64,000 nucleotides of DNA from Eubacteriales bacterium (GCA_045586595.1 JAZNAQ010000020.1:281-64280), one strand, 5' to 3'; shown: positions 52,634-63,111, counted from the first letter of the stretch. Notes: generated by a model from the sequence alone, not told the origin. Numbers and translations: made by a program.

Positions 52634-53473
52634 TTAAAAGCAAAGTTTTAAATCTCGAGCTACTTCTTCTGCTGCATTTTTTACTCTGTCAGAAAAATCC
52701 CCGTCGCCCTCAGGCAGTGTTATCGGGCGGGTGACGTATACAAGCCCACCTAAGCCACGCATATCAAACGCACCGTTCAGGTCGTGAGCGGTTGTTTTCT
52801 TTCCGTCGTATCCGGTAAGAATAAACACAGTTTTTTTGAAAGTGCGGCGAAATTCACGAAGCACACTGTTCGGAAGTCCACCCAAGGCAATGCCTATGTT
52901 TGAGTACCCCATACCGCCAAGATGCTTCTCACCCCATATATGAACCTTTTCGCACACTGCGCGGTATACAGGGCGAATACCTGCCATGAGTTCTTGCAGG
53001 TCCTGCGGGGTCCCCTCTGCAGTATGAGAGATAACAAAAACGTTTTTATTATCTGTACCGCATTTTTCAAAAAACGGTATAAGCCCTGCCGAACCGTAAT
53101 ATGGGCTGACAGTAACACAATCTGCGCCGAGTGTATCAAAATAGAACTCTGCCTCAACTTTTGAAGCAACCGGGTCGCCGCTGCATTTTGCATCGGCTAT
53201 TGTATACATCCCCTTTTCTCTTGCGTAGGAAATCGCATCAGCTATTGTCTTCTGCCCATACGGCAAAAGTGCCGCTGTGTTTACCGCAATCGCCGGCACA
53301 ATGCCGCAAACCGCATCAATTACAGCGCGGTTATATGCCTGTACGGCCTCAGGCGCATCCGCCTTATCCTTTAAAAACTCGTCGGGAAGCTCGCCTGCGC
53401 CTATATCAAGCCCAAGTATACACGGCGCCGCACCTTTTATTATGTTCATAACAAGCGCATCAAGATTCATAGC
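52634..53473 (-). CDS. OMP-decarboxylase (type 2 PyrF)-like protein, divergent
   Basis: PCILGLDI, IADAKCSGD and CVTVSPYYG parallel PyrF type-2 blocks, but several canonical residues differ (see findings). ATG 53473 follows AAGAGGG. Confidence 0.45.
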   Translation of the reverse strand, partial: AMNLDALVMNIIKGAAPCILGLDIGAGELPDEFLKDKADAPEAVQAYNRAVIDAVCGIVPAIAVNTAALLPYGQKTIADAISYAREKGMYTIADAKCSGDPVASKVEAEFYFDTLGADCVTVSPYYGSAGLIPFFEKCGTDNKNVFVISHTAEGTPQDLQELMAGIRPVYRAVCEKVHIWGEKHLGGMGYSNIGIALGGLPNSVLREFRRTFKKTVFILTGYDGKKTTAHDLNGAFDMRGLGGLVYVTRPITLPEGDGDFSDRVKNAAEEVARDLKLCF

Positions 53474-53644
53474 ATTTACCCTCTTTTCTAATTTATTAGT
53501 ATACCACAAATACAAATAAAAGAAAAGGTGTATTGTATTTAATATCAGTATGCACCTTATATGTGCATTTTAACTTGACTTTATTGGCATAATATAGTAT
53601 TCTAATAAATTATCAGTGAATTAAAGAGTAAAGGGGATATAGTT

Positions 53645-55108
53645 TTGGATAACACTAATCGCGGCTCATGGAAAAGCAATTTTGGTTTTCTTATGTCAGC
53701 CATCGGCTCGGCGGTAGGCCTCGGCAACATTTGGGGCTTCCCATATAAAATGGGGCGCTCAGGAGGCTTTTCATTCCTGGTCATTTATATACTAATGTCT
53801 ATTTTTGTAGGTTTTTCAATCATGCTCGCAGAGCTTGCCATGGGCCGAAAGACTGGCAAGGGAGCAATAGGCGCATACAATAAGCTTTCCAAAAGATTTA
53901 AATGGGTTGGCTGGCTTGCTGTTTTTGCACCTTTTGCTATAATGAGTTTCTATACGGTCCTCGGCGCATACTGCATTGAGTATATGTCACTCAACCTCTC
54001 AAACCTCGCATTCGGAATGGGTGGGGCCATATCAGGTTCTGAACTTTTTACATCTATGCTCACAAATCCGCTGGGCGCACTCGTCTTCACAATTATCTTC
54101 ATATTAATCTGCTATTTAATCAACTGCGGCGGCGTTTCGGACGGTATTGAGAAGTTTAATAAAATCGGTATGCCCGCTCTGTTCTTTATGCTTGTAGTCA
54201 TAATCATACGTTCTGTTACGCTTCCAAACGCAATCGAAGGTCTTAAATATATGTTTGTCCCCGGCTATGCGGTAAGCGCAGGCTTTGTTGAAAAAGCTCC
54301 GAGCTTTATTACTGTTCTCGCAACGGCAGGCGGACAGGTTTTCTTTTCGCTTTCACTTGCTATGGGTATTATGATTACCTATGGTTCTTACTTAAGCAAA
54401 AGCGAAAGCCTTGTGAAAAACAGCTGTATAATTGCAGTGTGCGATACCATTGTTGCCGTTATGGCAGGCCTTGCAGTTCTCCCCGCAGCGGTGGCAACGG
54501 GCATATCTCAGGGTATCCCTGTAGGTGATATACAGCTCGGCGGCCCGAATCTCCTTTTTGTTACACTTCAAGACGTATTTAACTCTATGGGGATAATCGG
54601 CCCGCTCTTTGGGACAATTTTTTACCTTCTCGTATTCATTGCAGCATCCACCTCTACCATCTCGCTTATAGAGGTTGTCGCAGCATACTTTATTGACCGT
54701 GACATAGACCGCGGCAAAACCCCCAACCGCAGAAAAATTATCACATTTGTATGTCTTGCCGTCATGGCAGAGTCTGCAATCGTTGCCATCGACGGTCTCG
54801 GTGCAAACGGTTTGTGGGTGCCCTTCCAGAACTCACTCGGTGTAATCGGTTCATTTAACGACAACTGGCTCGACTTTATCGATACACTTGCAGAGGGCAT
54901 CGCAATGCCGCTCGGAGCACTTATGATGAGCATAATGGTCGCCTGGGAAATCAAACCGAAAACACTGCTTGAAGAAATAAACGGCGGAAAGCCCTCAAGA
55001 GTTAACGGCTTCTTCACGTTCTGCATACGCTTTATTGTTCCACCGGTTATGCTTCTCATCCTCCTGGGGCAGCTTGACTCTTTCTTCGCTTTAGGAATAT
55101 TCAACTGA
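53645..55108 (+). CDS. Neurotransmitter:sodium symporter (NSS/SNF) family transporter
   Basis: 487 aa with a TTG start. WKSNFGFLMSAIGSAVGLGNIWGFPY is the NSS signature. Confidence 0.85.
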   Translation: MDNTNRGSWKSNFGFLMSAIGSAVGLGNIWGFPYKMGRSGGFSFLVIYILMSIFVGFSIMLAELAMGRKTGKGAIGAYNKLSKRFKWVGWLAVFAPFAIMSFYTVLGAYCIEYMSLNLSNLAFGMGGAISGSELFTSMLTNPLGALVFTIIFILICYLINCGGVSDGIEKFNKIGMPALFFMLVVIIIRSVTLPNAIEGLKYMFVPGYAVSAGFVEKAPSFITVLATAGGQVFFSLSLAMGIMITYGSYLSKSESLVKNSCIIAVCDTIVAVMAGLAVLPAAVATGISQGIPVGDIQLGGPNLLFVTLQDVFNSMGIIGPLFGTIFYLLVFIAASTSTISLIEVVAAYFIDRDIDRGKTPNRRKIITFVCLAVMAESAIVAIDGLGANGLWVPFQNSLGVIGSFNDNWLDFIDTLAEGIAMPLGALMMSIMVAWEIKPKTLLEEINGGKPSRVNGFFTFCIRFIVPPVMLLILLGQLDSFFALGIFN

Positions 55109-55180
55109 TAAAAGTAACCTCACCTCCGTATGTCGCATATAATAAAGAGATGTTATTTGTGACTTACGGAGGTTTTTTAT

Positions 55181-55675
55181 ATGCAAAAAGGAAATGGGAA
55201 TTCCGTAAACCCTTTAATGCTTCTGCGTAAACGTCCAAACGCCTCGGCAGTTCTTCGCGGAAGTTCGCAGTACCCTGCGATAAACGGAAGCATATGGTTT
55301 TACCAAACCCAAATCGGCGTTTTTGTACTCGTTCAGGCATCAGGGTTGCCGCAAGACTCAGACCCGTGCATAGCTCCTATTTTCGGTTTCCATATCCACG
55401 AGGGGGATTCATGTACCGGAAACAGCGAAGATGAATTTGCGGATACGTTAAGCCATTATAATCCCGATGACTGCCCTCACCCATACCATGCGGGAGATAT
55501 GCCGCCGCTGTTCGGTGTGCACGGAAATGCTTTCCTCGCATTTCTGACAGACAGATTCTCTGTCAGTGATGTTATCGGCAAGACCGTGGTTATTCACTCC
55601 GAGCCGGACGACTTTTCTTCTCAACCCTCAGGCAATTCCGGAATGAAGATTGCTTGCGGCAAAATCAGCAAATAA
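55181..55675 (+). CDS. Cu/Zn superoxide dismutase-family protein
   Basis: FGFHIHEGDSC, HAGDMPPL and VVIHSEPDDF...GNSGMKIACG. Confidence 0.7.
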   Translation: MQKGNGNSVNPLMLLRKRPNASAVLRGSSQYPAINGSIWFYQTQIGVFVLVQASGLPQDSDPCIAPIFGFHIHEGDSCTGNSEDEFADTLSHYNPDDCPHPYHAGDMPPLFGVHGNAFLAFLTDRFSVSDVIGKTVVIHSEPDDFSSQPSGNSGMKIACGKISK

Positions 55676-55682
55676 CAAAAAT

Positions 55683-55715
55683 GCAGTAGTTGAATCTCCA
55701 ACTACTGCGTTTTTT
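55683..55715. terminator. Bidirectional terminator
   Basis: Stem GCAGTAGTTG/CAACTACTGC followed by a T6 run. Confidence 0.65.
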
Positions 55716-55725
55716 ATTATATATT

Positions 55726-57126
55726 TCAATCCCAATAATCCACCTCGTGAGGCAAGCCTATATCCTTCACACGGAATGCAGGCTCTTTCCCCTCTTTGCG
55801 TTGCTCATCATAGTCCTTAAGCGCACGAATTGCGTATTTTGACAGTATGAGAATGACAGGCATATTGATTATCGTCATACCTCCCATAGTAATATCTGCA
55901 ATATTCCAAAGAAGGTCTGCCGAAAGCCCTGCGCCTACAAATATAACAAGTGCCGCAAGAATGTGATATACACGCATAAATCTCTTTCCCGGGATCCTTC
56001 CGAGCATATATATCAAACATTTATCTACATAATAAAGATTACCAAGAAGAGTTGTGAACGCAAACAGCATCATTGCTATGGTTATGAATATCGGCCCGAA
56101 TGCACCAAAAACTTCGGTAAGCGCTGCCTGGACATACGGTGCGCCTGACATCTCCGCTGTCGGTTCAATGCCTGAGCACATACACATAAACGCCGTAGCT
56201 GTACATACAAGAACAGTATCAATAAACACCGACAATATCTGAACAAGCCCCTGCTTTGCAGGATGAGAAACCTCAGCTGATGCAGATGCATTCGGTGCAG
56301 AGCCCACCCCTGCCTCATTACTGAAAAGCCCTCGCTTGATGCCATACATTACACACGAGCCCGAAAATCCGCCGAAGATTGCCTCAAAGTTAAACGCATC
56401 AGAGAAAATACGCTCAAACACCACAGGAAGTGTTGTGATGTTAAGCACAACAACAATAATCGCAACAATAATATATGCAACACCCATAAACGGAACAAGC
56501 AGGCTTGTAATCTTAATTATGCGTGAGCCTCCGCCCATAAGGCAATAAGCAACGATTGCCGCGAGAACAAACCCTATAACCCATGGCGAATATATCGGGT
56601 CATAAAAGCTATATGCAGAAAAAGTGGATTGCAGATTGTATGATGCAAGCATATTAAACCCGAAACCGTATGTCAGAATAAGAAATACGGAGAACGCAAG
56701 AGCGAGCGGACGGCTGTGCAACGCCGCCTCTATATAATATGCAGGCCCGCCGAAGCTCTCACCCTTCCCTTTTTTCTTATAAATTTGTGCAAGCGTGCTC
56801 TCGACAAACGCCGAGGCTCCACCTATTATCGCAATAAGCCACATCCAGAAAACCGAACCAAAACCGCCAAGGCACAGAGCTGTTGAAACACCGATGATAT
56901 TGCCCGTACCAACGCGTGAAGCAGTTGAAACCATCAGAGCCTGAAATGACGAGACCCCTTTACCGTCCTTTGGTTTTTCAGTCACGGCCCGTATCTGCTC
57001 ACCAAAAAGCCGAAACTGAACGAACCTTGTTCTTATTGTAAAGTAGAGCCCACCTGCAACAAGAAGAATGATAAGAACATAGCTATATAGCGCATTACTT
57101 ATCTCAGAAACAATTATATCAAGCAC
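55726..57126 (-). CDS. Alanine/glycine:cation symporter (AGCS family)
   Basis: 466 aa. N-terminus LLVAGGLYFTIRTRFVQFRLF and SSFQALMVSTASRVGTGNI. Confidence 0.85.
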   Translation of the reverse strand: MLDIIVSEISNALYSYVLIILLVAGGLYFTIRTRFVQFRLFGEQIRAVTEKPKDGKGVSSFQALMVSTASRVGTGNIIGVSTALCLGGFGSVFWMWLIAIIGGASAFVESTLAQIYKKKGKGESFGGPAYYIEAALHSRPLALAFSVFLILTYGFGFNMLASYNLQSTFSAYSFYDPIYSPWVIGFVLAAIVAYCLMGGGSRIIKITSLLVPFMGVAYIIVAIIVVVLNITTLPVVFERIFSDAFNFEAIFGGFSGSCVMYGIKRGLFSNEAGVGSAPNASASAEVSHPAKQGLVQILSVFIDTVLVCTATAFMCMCSGIEPTAEMSGAPYVQAALTEVFGAFGPIFITIAMMLFAFTTLLGNLYYVDKCLIYMLGRIPGKRFMRVYHILAALVIFVGAGLSADLLWNIADITMGGMTIINMPVILILSKYAIRALKDYDEQRKEGKEPAFRVKDIGLPHEVDYWD

Positions 57127-57263
57127 TACAACTTTCCACCTTCAATTATAATTCATATCCGATTATAACTAATATACTCCCAAAAGTCAAACCTCTGCCG
57201 TGCCTAATAAGGTTGATTATTTCCACAAAACAAAGAAAACAAGAAACGCGGTATGTTTGCAAA

Positions 57264-57575
57264 CTACTCGTTACCTCCTACATTTATCCATATGTGGAGC
57301 CATGTATGCACAGCAAATTCCCCATATTGTATCAGACTTGAGCTTGGAAAAAGCGAACCGAGTCTTATTGTCAGGTCATGCGAACTTTCCTGAATCATAA
57401 CCGAGCATGTTATGTGGTGAGAAGCGATGCATACAGTACCGTTCTTAACTCCAATCTCCTTAACAATCTCCATTATCTCCTTAGAAACGTCGTGGAAGGT
57501 CGGGACCCACCCTCGGAATTGGAGCTCAAGCTCCTTTTGATAAACTTTGAATTCCATTTGTGAATTCGCACTCAA
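57264..57575 (-). pseudogene. YjbQ/UPF0047-like ORF, apparently C-terminally truncated
   Basis: The N-terminal ~70 aa (TFHDVSKEI...NGTVCIASHHITCSVMIQE) fit the family. The ORF ends at 103 aa without the usual C-terminal GTWQ-containing segment. Confidence 0.35.
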
Positions 57576-57585
57576 GATATATTAA

Positions 57586-57630
57586 AATCACACGAAAGAG
57601 CAAGAACAGTTTCTGCTCCTTCGTGTGATT
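57586..57630. terminator. Long hairpin terminator after the gatZ-like gene
   Basis: Stem AATCACACGAA.GAGCA/TGCTC.TTCGTGTGATT followed by a T-run on both strands. Confidence 0.6.
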
Positions 57631-57640
57631 TTCAACAATT

Positions 57641-58963
57641 TTAATCGAGAATGGCGTACAGGTAATCGTCTATACAATCGCCCACACGGTCAATAAGCAA
57701 ATTAGTTGCCGTGTTTTCAAGCTCTCTCGAACGTACTCTTGCATATTGTTTAGGAAGATACTGGCTGACAAGTGCCAACGGAATTTTACATTCATTAAGG
57801 TTATTAAGCAGTTTCTCTATCGCGTAAAGAACTTCGTTATTTGTCAGATAATAGCGTGCACGGTCCGAGAAACTATAGGCTCTGGCATAATTTCTTTTTC
57901 GAAAATCTCCGTGGTAATACTTATCCCAGTATTTCTTATCCTCTTGCATTACCTGCTCCAATATCCACCTGAACCTTGAGGGTGCAAAGCGGTTTAGGCA
58001 ACTCATTTCCTGCTCAATCTGCTCAAGTGCAAACAAGCCTTCTCTAAGAGCAAATGTGAGCGCAGGACCCACTTTCAGAATTGCAATTCCGTCTTCTACC
58101 ATTTCCTTAAGCTTTTCTTTTGGCTGATAGTCTGTGGAATGCCCCTCAAAAACAAGCCCCGGGTGTTTCAAAAGACCTGCTGTAAGCTCTGACGCTGCGG
58201 CTCGGTTATACTCTATAACACTCTCATCCGCAAACTCTACACCAGGCTGAACAACAACTGCAATTACCCGCTTCCATGCTTCATCAAGGCCTTTTGAAGC
58301 AAAGGCGTTTTCAAAAGCCTTTATGGTTGCCTCGCAGTCATCGGTTGTTGTAACAGCAACACTATCCTCATTTTCCTGTGCGCCGCCGGGTATAGGAACC
58401 TCACTTCCTATTACATATACCGGCGCCGGTGCCTCCGGATTATCCAACTTATATTGCTCAAACGCCGTTTCTGCCTCAAGGCATAGTTCCGAACCTCGGC
58501 GGGCGATTACTTCATCCGGCAAACGTGCATCGCGGCTATCATCCGCAAGGCGCATGCTTGTATCTATATGTATCTTGGAAAAACCCGCCAAAACATATGC
58601 ACGCACAAGCTCTTTCGCGCGCTCCATTGCCTCTTTTGCCGGCAAATGCTGCCATGTCAGCGGGCCTAAATGGTCACCACCGCACAATAGCTTATCCTTC
58701 GGAAAATCCTCCTCATCGGCAAGACGGTTAAGGAAGTCTCTAAAATCCGCAGGAGTCATCCCCGTATATCCGCCCTCCTGGTTAACCTGGTTTGCGGTAG
58801 ATTCTACCAACACAACGGTTGAGTTTTCTTTTGCCCTGCGAAGTGCTGCTCTTATAACAAATTCGTTAGCGCTACAGCAAGAGTATATACCCTTTTCTCT
58901 CGAACCGTTGCGGTCGTGCAAAATGCGGCTTATTGGATTCTCTGTGCATATTGCCGTTTTCAT
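57641..58963 (-). CDS. GatZ/KbaZ-family tagatose-bisphosphate aldolase subunit (or tagatose-6-P kinase-like)
   Basis: GIYSCCSANEFVIRAAL and VESTANQVNQEGGYTGMTPADF are GatZ/KbaZ signatures. ATG 58963 follows GGAGG. Confidence 0.75.
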   Translation of the reverse strand: MKTAICTENPISRILHDRNGSREKGIYSCCSANEFVIRAALRRAKENSTVVLVESTANQVNQEGGYTGMTPADFRDFLNRLADEEDFPKDKLLCGGDHLGPLTWQHLPAKEAMERAKELVRAYVLAGFSKIHIDTSMRLADDSRDARLPDEVIARRGSELCLEAETAFEQYKLDNPEAPAPVYVIGSEVPIPGGAQENEDSVAVTTTDDCEATIKAFENAFASKGLDEAWKRVIAVVVQPGVEFADESVIEYNRAAASELTAGLLKHPGLVFEGHSTDYQPKEKLKEMVEDGIAILKVGPALTFALREGLFALEQIEQEMSCLNRFAPSRFRWILEQVMQEDKKYWDKYYHGDFRKRNYARAYSFSDRARYYLTNNEVLYAIEKLLNNLNECKIPLALVSQYLPKQYARVRSRELENTATNLLIDRVGDCIDDYLYAILD

Positions 58964-58997
58964 AAAAACCTCCATTTAAACGTCGGATTCAAAATCA

Positions 58998-60038
58998 CTA
59001 TTTAAGTATAATATACGCATCCAATCCCTGCGGGGCATCCGGATTGCCGCCCGTCGCAACAGACTTGACAAACGCAAGCATCTGTGCAAGATATATAAAC
59101 GGTATTCCCCATGCAGAAAATTCCTCTATATTATCAATCATAATATGCGCGGTTGAACCGTAGATATTTTCTTTCTCTTTAGAAACCGTCACTACAGGTC
59201 CTCCACGAGATATTATGTCCTTTACCATGTCGTTCTGCAAAGCACTCTCAGACGGATTAAGAAGCATAAGAGTCAATGTATTCTTGTCTCCGATTACCAT
59301 AGGCCCGTGACGATAGTCAAGCATATGGAAATAGCGACCTGTAAGAACTGCTATTTCTGTAAAAGCAAGAGCCGCTTCTTCTGCTATGCCGCAGACCGGA
59401 CCGTCCGCCAAGACCGTGACATTTTCCCAATCCATCTTACCGACTGTTTCCAATACAGAGCGGTACTTTGACTGGAACTCGGCATTGCACTCAGCAACAG
59501 CTTCCACCGATGCGGCGAGCTTTTCATTATTGGAATATACAGATGCCACAAGCAGAATCGCTGCATAAAGATTTGCTACCGTACGGGTCTGGCAAACACT
59601 GTTGTCGTAACACCAATCCATGGTGAAGTCCAAATCACTCATAGGCATAATGTCGTTTTCATCTTTCATTGAAAGCGAAATAACAGCACAACCAAAATGT
59701 TCCTTCATGTGCTTTACAGCACGTACCATTTCAGATGTTTTTCCCGAACGCGATATGGTAACTACAATGCTTCCCCTTACAGTTTCTTTCCAAAACTCTG
59801 TGTTTGCTATGTAATCACCTGCCGCAATAGCGGAAGCTGTAGTGTTCTCAAATGCACCAAATATAGTTGCTGCACTTTTTGACAGCATATAGCTGGAGCC
59901 ACAACCTAAAAACACAAACTTTCTTTCTTTATGGTTTGCAAAAAAATCTAAAATGTTTGCCTGCTGCTCGTGAAAGTAACCACAGGTTTTCTTAAGAGCC
60001 GCCGGTGTGTCCAAAATTTCTTTTTCTGTTAAAAACAT
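58998..60038 (-). CDS. SIS-domain sugar-phosphate isomerase/deaminase (AgaS-like)
   Basis: 346 aa with two SIS repeats; FLGCGSSY and ISRSGKTSE. Confidence 0.7.
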   Translation of the reverse strand: MFLTEKEILDTPAALKKTCGYFHEQQANILDFFANHKERKFVFLGCGSSYMLSKSAATIFGAFENTTASAIAAGDYIANTEFWKETVRGSIVVTISRSGKTSEMVRAVKHMKEHFGCAVISLSMKDENDIMPMSDLDFTMDWCYDNSVCQTRTVANLYAAILLVASVYSNNEKLAASVEAVAECNAEFQSKYRSVLETVGKMDWENVTVLADGPVCGIAEEAALAFTEIAVLTGRYFHMLDYRHGPMVIGDKNTLTLMLLNPSESALQNDMVKDIISRGGPVVTVSKEKENIYGSTAHIMIDNIEEFSAWGIPFIYLAQMLAFVKSVATGGNPDAPQGLDAYIILK

Positions 60039-60040
60039 AA

Positions 60041-60970
60041 TTATTCCTCCTTAGAATATTCTTTAATTGCCAAACGTAGAGCGCCTTCCGTTGCAGTGTG
60101 CGCAGGAGCCTGCAACACGCATCCAAGTTTATCTAACTCCTCACTCAGAGGCTTTAGAATCATATCGCCCGTATTAAAAAGACCTCCGAAGTATGATACT
60201 TTTACAGGCTCTACCGACCAAGAAAGCTGCTGTTTTACACCTGATACCAAAAGTGCCAGTTCTTTTGCCGCTCTCGGATAAAGAGCTGCCGCACTCTCAT
60301 CGCCGGACTTTGCTGCTTCAAAAGCATATATCTGAAACTTTGCCACCCTGTCACGGTGCGGTGCAATATCTTTTAAAACCGCTTTGATAAACTCAAAATC
60401 TTCAGTCAGTTGCAAATCTCTGTATATTAAATCATACAACGCACCCTTCGGCGCACGCCCGTCAGCCTGTTTTGAAAACAAATTCATAGCCTCACGGCCT
60501 ATCCAATAGCAAGAGCCGTTATCATCAAAAAACTCATTCCAGCCGCCGGCACGCGCGATTTCGCCACTTGCATTGCATCCAAAAGCAATAGAACCTGTAC
60601 CTGAAACGAGATGAATACCCTCACTACACTCCAGGGATCCCGCCCAGCCTACTATACCATCATTGACAATCTTTATGGGAATAGGGTTAAGCTTCTCTTT
60701 AAGTTCATTTGCAACAGCTATATCCATATTTTTATTTTCACCAAAACACGGTAGCCCAATGCAACATCCTGCACACTCCTCGGGTGTTGCCCCAACTGAC
60801 TTGATAAGTTCTTCAACGCCTTCAAGGATAAGACTGACAACATTTTCAGCACCAATTTCTTGGTAGGAGCAGCCTGAACGCACGATGATATTGACCGGAA
60901 CGGCGTCAGTTCTTCCAATAGCAAAAGATGTTTTCGTTCCGCCTCCGTCGATCCCGATAAACCACTGCAT
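60041..60970 (-). CDS. BadF/BadG/BcrA/BcrD-type ATPase (N-acetylglucosamine kinase-like)
   Basis: FIGIDGGGTKTSF and LVSGTGSIAF. Confidence 0.75.
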   Translation of the reverse strand: MQWFIGIDGGGTKTSFAIGRTDAVPVNIIVRSGCSYQEIGAENVVSLILEGVEELIKSVGATPEECAGCCIGLPCFGENKNMDIAVANELKEKLNPIPIKIVNDGIVGWAGSLECSEGIHLVSGTGSIAFGCNASGEIARAGGWNEFFDDNGSCYWIGREAMNLFSKQADGRAPKGALYDLIYRDLQLTEDFEFIKAVLKDIAPHRDRVAKFQIYAFEAAKSGDESAAALYPRAAKELALLVSGVKQQLSWSVEPVKVSYFGGLFNTGDMILKPLSEELDKLGCVLQAPAHTATEGALRLAIKEYSKEE

Positions 60971-61078
60971 ACGTTTCCTTCCCTCCTAACAAACAAGTAC
61001 GTTTTAATCGCTTTCGATTATATATGTACTGTAAGTTTTTTTCAATAACACAAGAGTTTTTCCACCCAATAACCACCG

Positions 61079-61103
61079 TGGTATATAATTATTTGTCATA
61101 CCA
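61079..61103. promoter_or_regulatory. Candidate GntR/HutC operator in the divergent intergenic region
   Basis: Inverted repeat TGGTAT-N13-ATACCA between the kinase and gntR genes. Support is weak. Confidence 0.25.
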
Positions 61104-61195
61104 GAAACAGGAGTGGTATTTTTTTAGTAGCTTCTTGCGGTAGTCCACGATATTTGTTAAAATATAAATAAAATGTAGGAAAAGGTGTGATGGTC

Positions 61196-61927
61196 ATGAG
61201 CAACAATGCGTTATATTTAGAAATTTACACAAAACTTTTGAATTCAATTAAGCAAGGTGAATACGCTGAAAACACTCCTTTGCCATCGGAGCGGTTTCTG
61301 TGTGACAAATATCATGTAAGCCGTTCTACTGTCCGACAGGCCATCACCCTTCTGCGCGAAGCAGATATTGTTTATACTGTCCAAGGAAACGGAACCTTTG
61401 TGAAGCCCCAAGTCTTTACACAACCACTGACTAATTTTTATTCATTCACAGATACTCTCAAAAGAAGCGACATCATAATACAAAACAAAATTATTCAATA
61501 TGACAAAATATTTGCAGATTCAACAATGGTCAAAAAAACAGGCTATCCTGCAAATTCCGCATTTCACAAAATAGTGCGCCTGCGCTCGGCAAAAGACTAC
61601 CCTTTGATGTTAGAGACAACCTATTTACCGTGTGCACGGTTTCTGAAACTTGATTTGGATGCTTTGTCTAAAGGCTCTTTGTATGAATTTCTTAAAGAAA
61701 AATACAGCTTTCACGCAGACAACGCCGAGGAGACATTTCAACCTGTACTCCCACTCCCTGAAGAAAAAAAACTTCTTAAAATACACTCCAATACACCCTG
61801 TATTCTTCTTGAGCGTTTCAGCTTTGAGGATGACATGCTCATCGAGTATACAAAATCCATTGTACGTGGTGATAAATATATTTTCCATGTCCAGCTCAAT
61901 CAATTCATTGATACAAGCAGTCTTTAA
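61196..61927 (+). CDS. GntR-family (HutC subfamily, UTRA domain) transcriptional regulator
   Basis: LPSERFLCDKYHVSRSTVRQAITLL HTH and a UTRA-like C-terminal half. ATG 61196 lies 8 nt after AAAGGTG. Confidence 0.8.
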   Translation: MSNNALYLEIYTKLLNSIKQGEYAENTPLPSERFLCDKYHVSRSTVRQAITLLREADIVYTVQGNGTFVKPQVFTQPLTNFYSFTDTLKRSDIIIQNKIIQYDKIFADSTMVKKTGYPANSAFHKIVRLRSAKDYPLMLETTYLPCARFLKLDLDALSKGSLYEFLKEKYSFHADNAEETFQPVLPLPEEKKLLKIHSNTPCILLERFSFEDDMLIEYTKSIVRGDKYIFHVQLNQFIDTSSL

Positions 61928-61962
61928 AAACGATAAAAAACATTATGGAGGATGCTGTTGTT

Positions 61963-62973
61963 ATGAATATACTCGTCACAATGCCTGAAGGACAGGTCAG
62001 AGACACATTCTTTACTCCATTATCAAAAAAGTATCTCGAAGCATTGGGCAATGTTACATACAACCCACTCGACAGAGACTACACTAAGGCAGAGCTAAAA
62101 GAAGCCCTTAAAGGGATTGATGTTGTCTTCTGCGGCTGGCGCAGCACATTCTACGATGAAGAAGTTTTAGAAGGCGCAGACAGCCTTAAGATTTTGGCAT
62201 ACACAGCAGGTAGCCTTGCTCAGGTTGTTGATGAAACTATCTTTAACAAGGGTATCACGGTACTGGGCGCAAACTGCGTATTCGCAGAATCTGTTGCCGA
62301 GAGTTGCCTCTGCTATACAATGGTAGGCCTTCGCAGAATATTCAAATATGCAAAGCTTATGGAAAATGGTGGCTGGAAGCCGCTGGATTTTACCACCGAA
62401 GGCGTAATGAACAGAACAATCGGCCTTATTGGCTTTGGCGCAATCGCTCAGAAGTTTGTCAACTTCTTAAAGCCGTTTAACGTAAATATCCTTGTAAGCT
62501 CAAGACACCTTACAGAAGAAGAAGCTTCAAAATACGGCGTTACAAAGGCTGAGTTTGACGAAGTTTTTGAAAAAAGCGATGTTGTTTCTGTGCATCAGGG
62601 CCTCAGCGAAAAGACATATCACATGATTGGCAGAGAACAGCTCGACAAAATGAAGGACGGTGCTCTTCTCATAAACACAGCAAGAGGCGCCGTTATAGAC
62701 CAGGATGCGCTTATTGATGTTCTTAAAACAGGCAGAATCCACGCAGTTCTTGACGTATATGAAAACGAGCCGCCTGCTGAAGATTCGCCGCTCAGACACC
62801 TTGAAAACGTCACCGCAATCCCGCACATGGGCGGGCCGACAATAGACAGAAGACAGTATTGTGTAATCAAGCTTTGCGAAGATATTGTAAAGTACAACAA
62901 CGGCGAAAGAGAGCTTGAAACTCTGTTCACTATCGACCAGATACAGCACATGAGCAGACCTGTTAAAAAGTAA
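61963..62973 (+). CDS. D-isomer-specific 2-hydroxyacid dehydrogenase (NAD-binding)
   Basis: GLIGFGAIAQKF (GxGxxG), NTARGAVID and PHMGG. Confidence 0.8.
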   Translation: MNILVTMPEGQVRDTFFTPLSKKYLEALGNVTYNPLDRDYTKAELKEALKGIDVVFCGWRSTFYDEEVLEGADSLKILAYTAGSLAQVVDETIFNKGITVLGANCVFAESVAESCLCYTMVGLRRIFKYAKLMENGGWKPLDFTTEGVMNRTIGLIGFGAIAQKFVNFLKPFNVNILVSSRHLTEEEASKYGVTKAEFDEVFEKSDVVSVHQGLSEKTYHMIGREQLDKMKDGALLINTARGAVIDQDALIDVLKTGRIHAVLDVYENEPPAEDSPLRHLENVTAIPHMGGPTIDRRQYCVIKLCEDIVKYNNGERELETLFTIDQIQHMSRPVKK

Positions 62974-63111
62974 TAAAGATTGACGAACCCCCGCCGTACG
63001 GCGGTGGTTTTCTCGCGGCGATAAATATTTGTTTCACGCATTGATTTAGTTTTAAATTTGTGGTAAACTTTATTGCATAATATTTTTAATTTAATACATT
63101 CACACAGAGTG

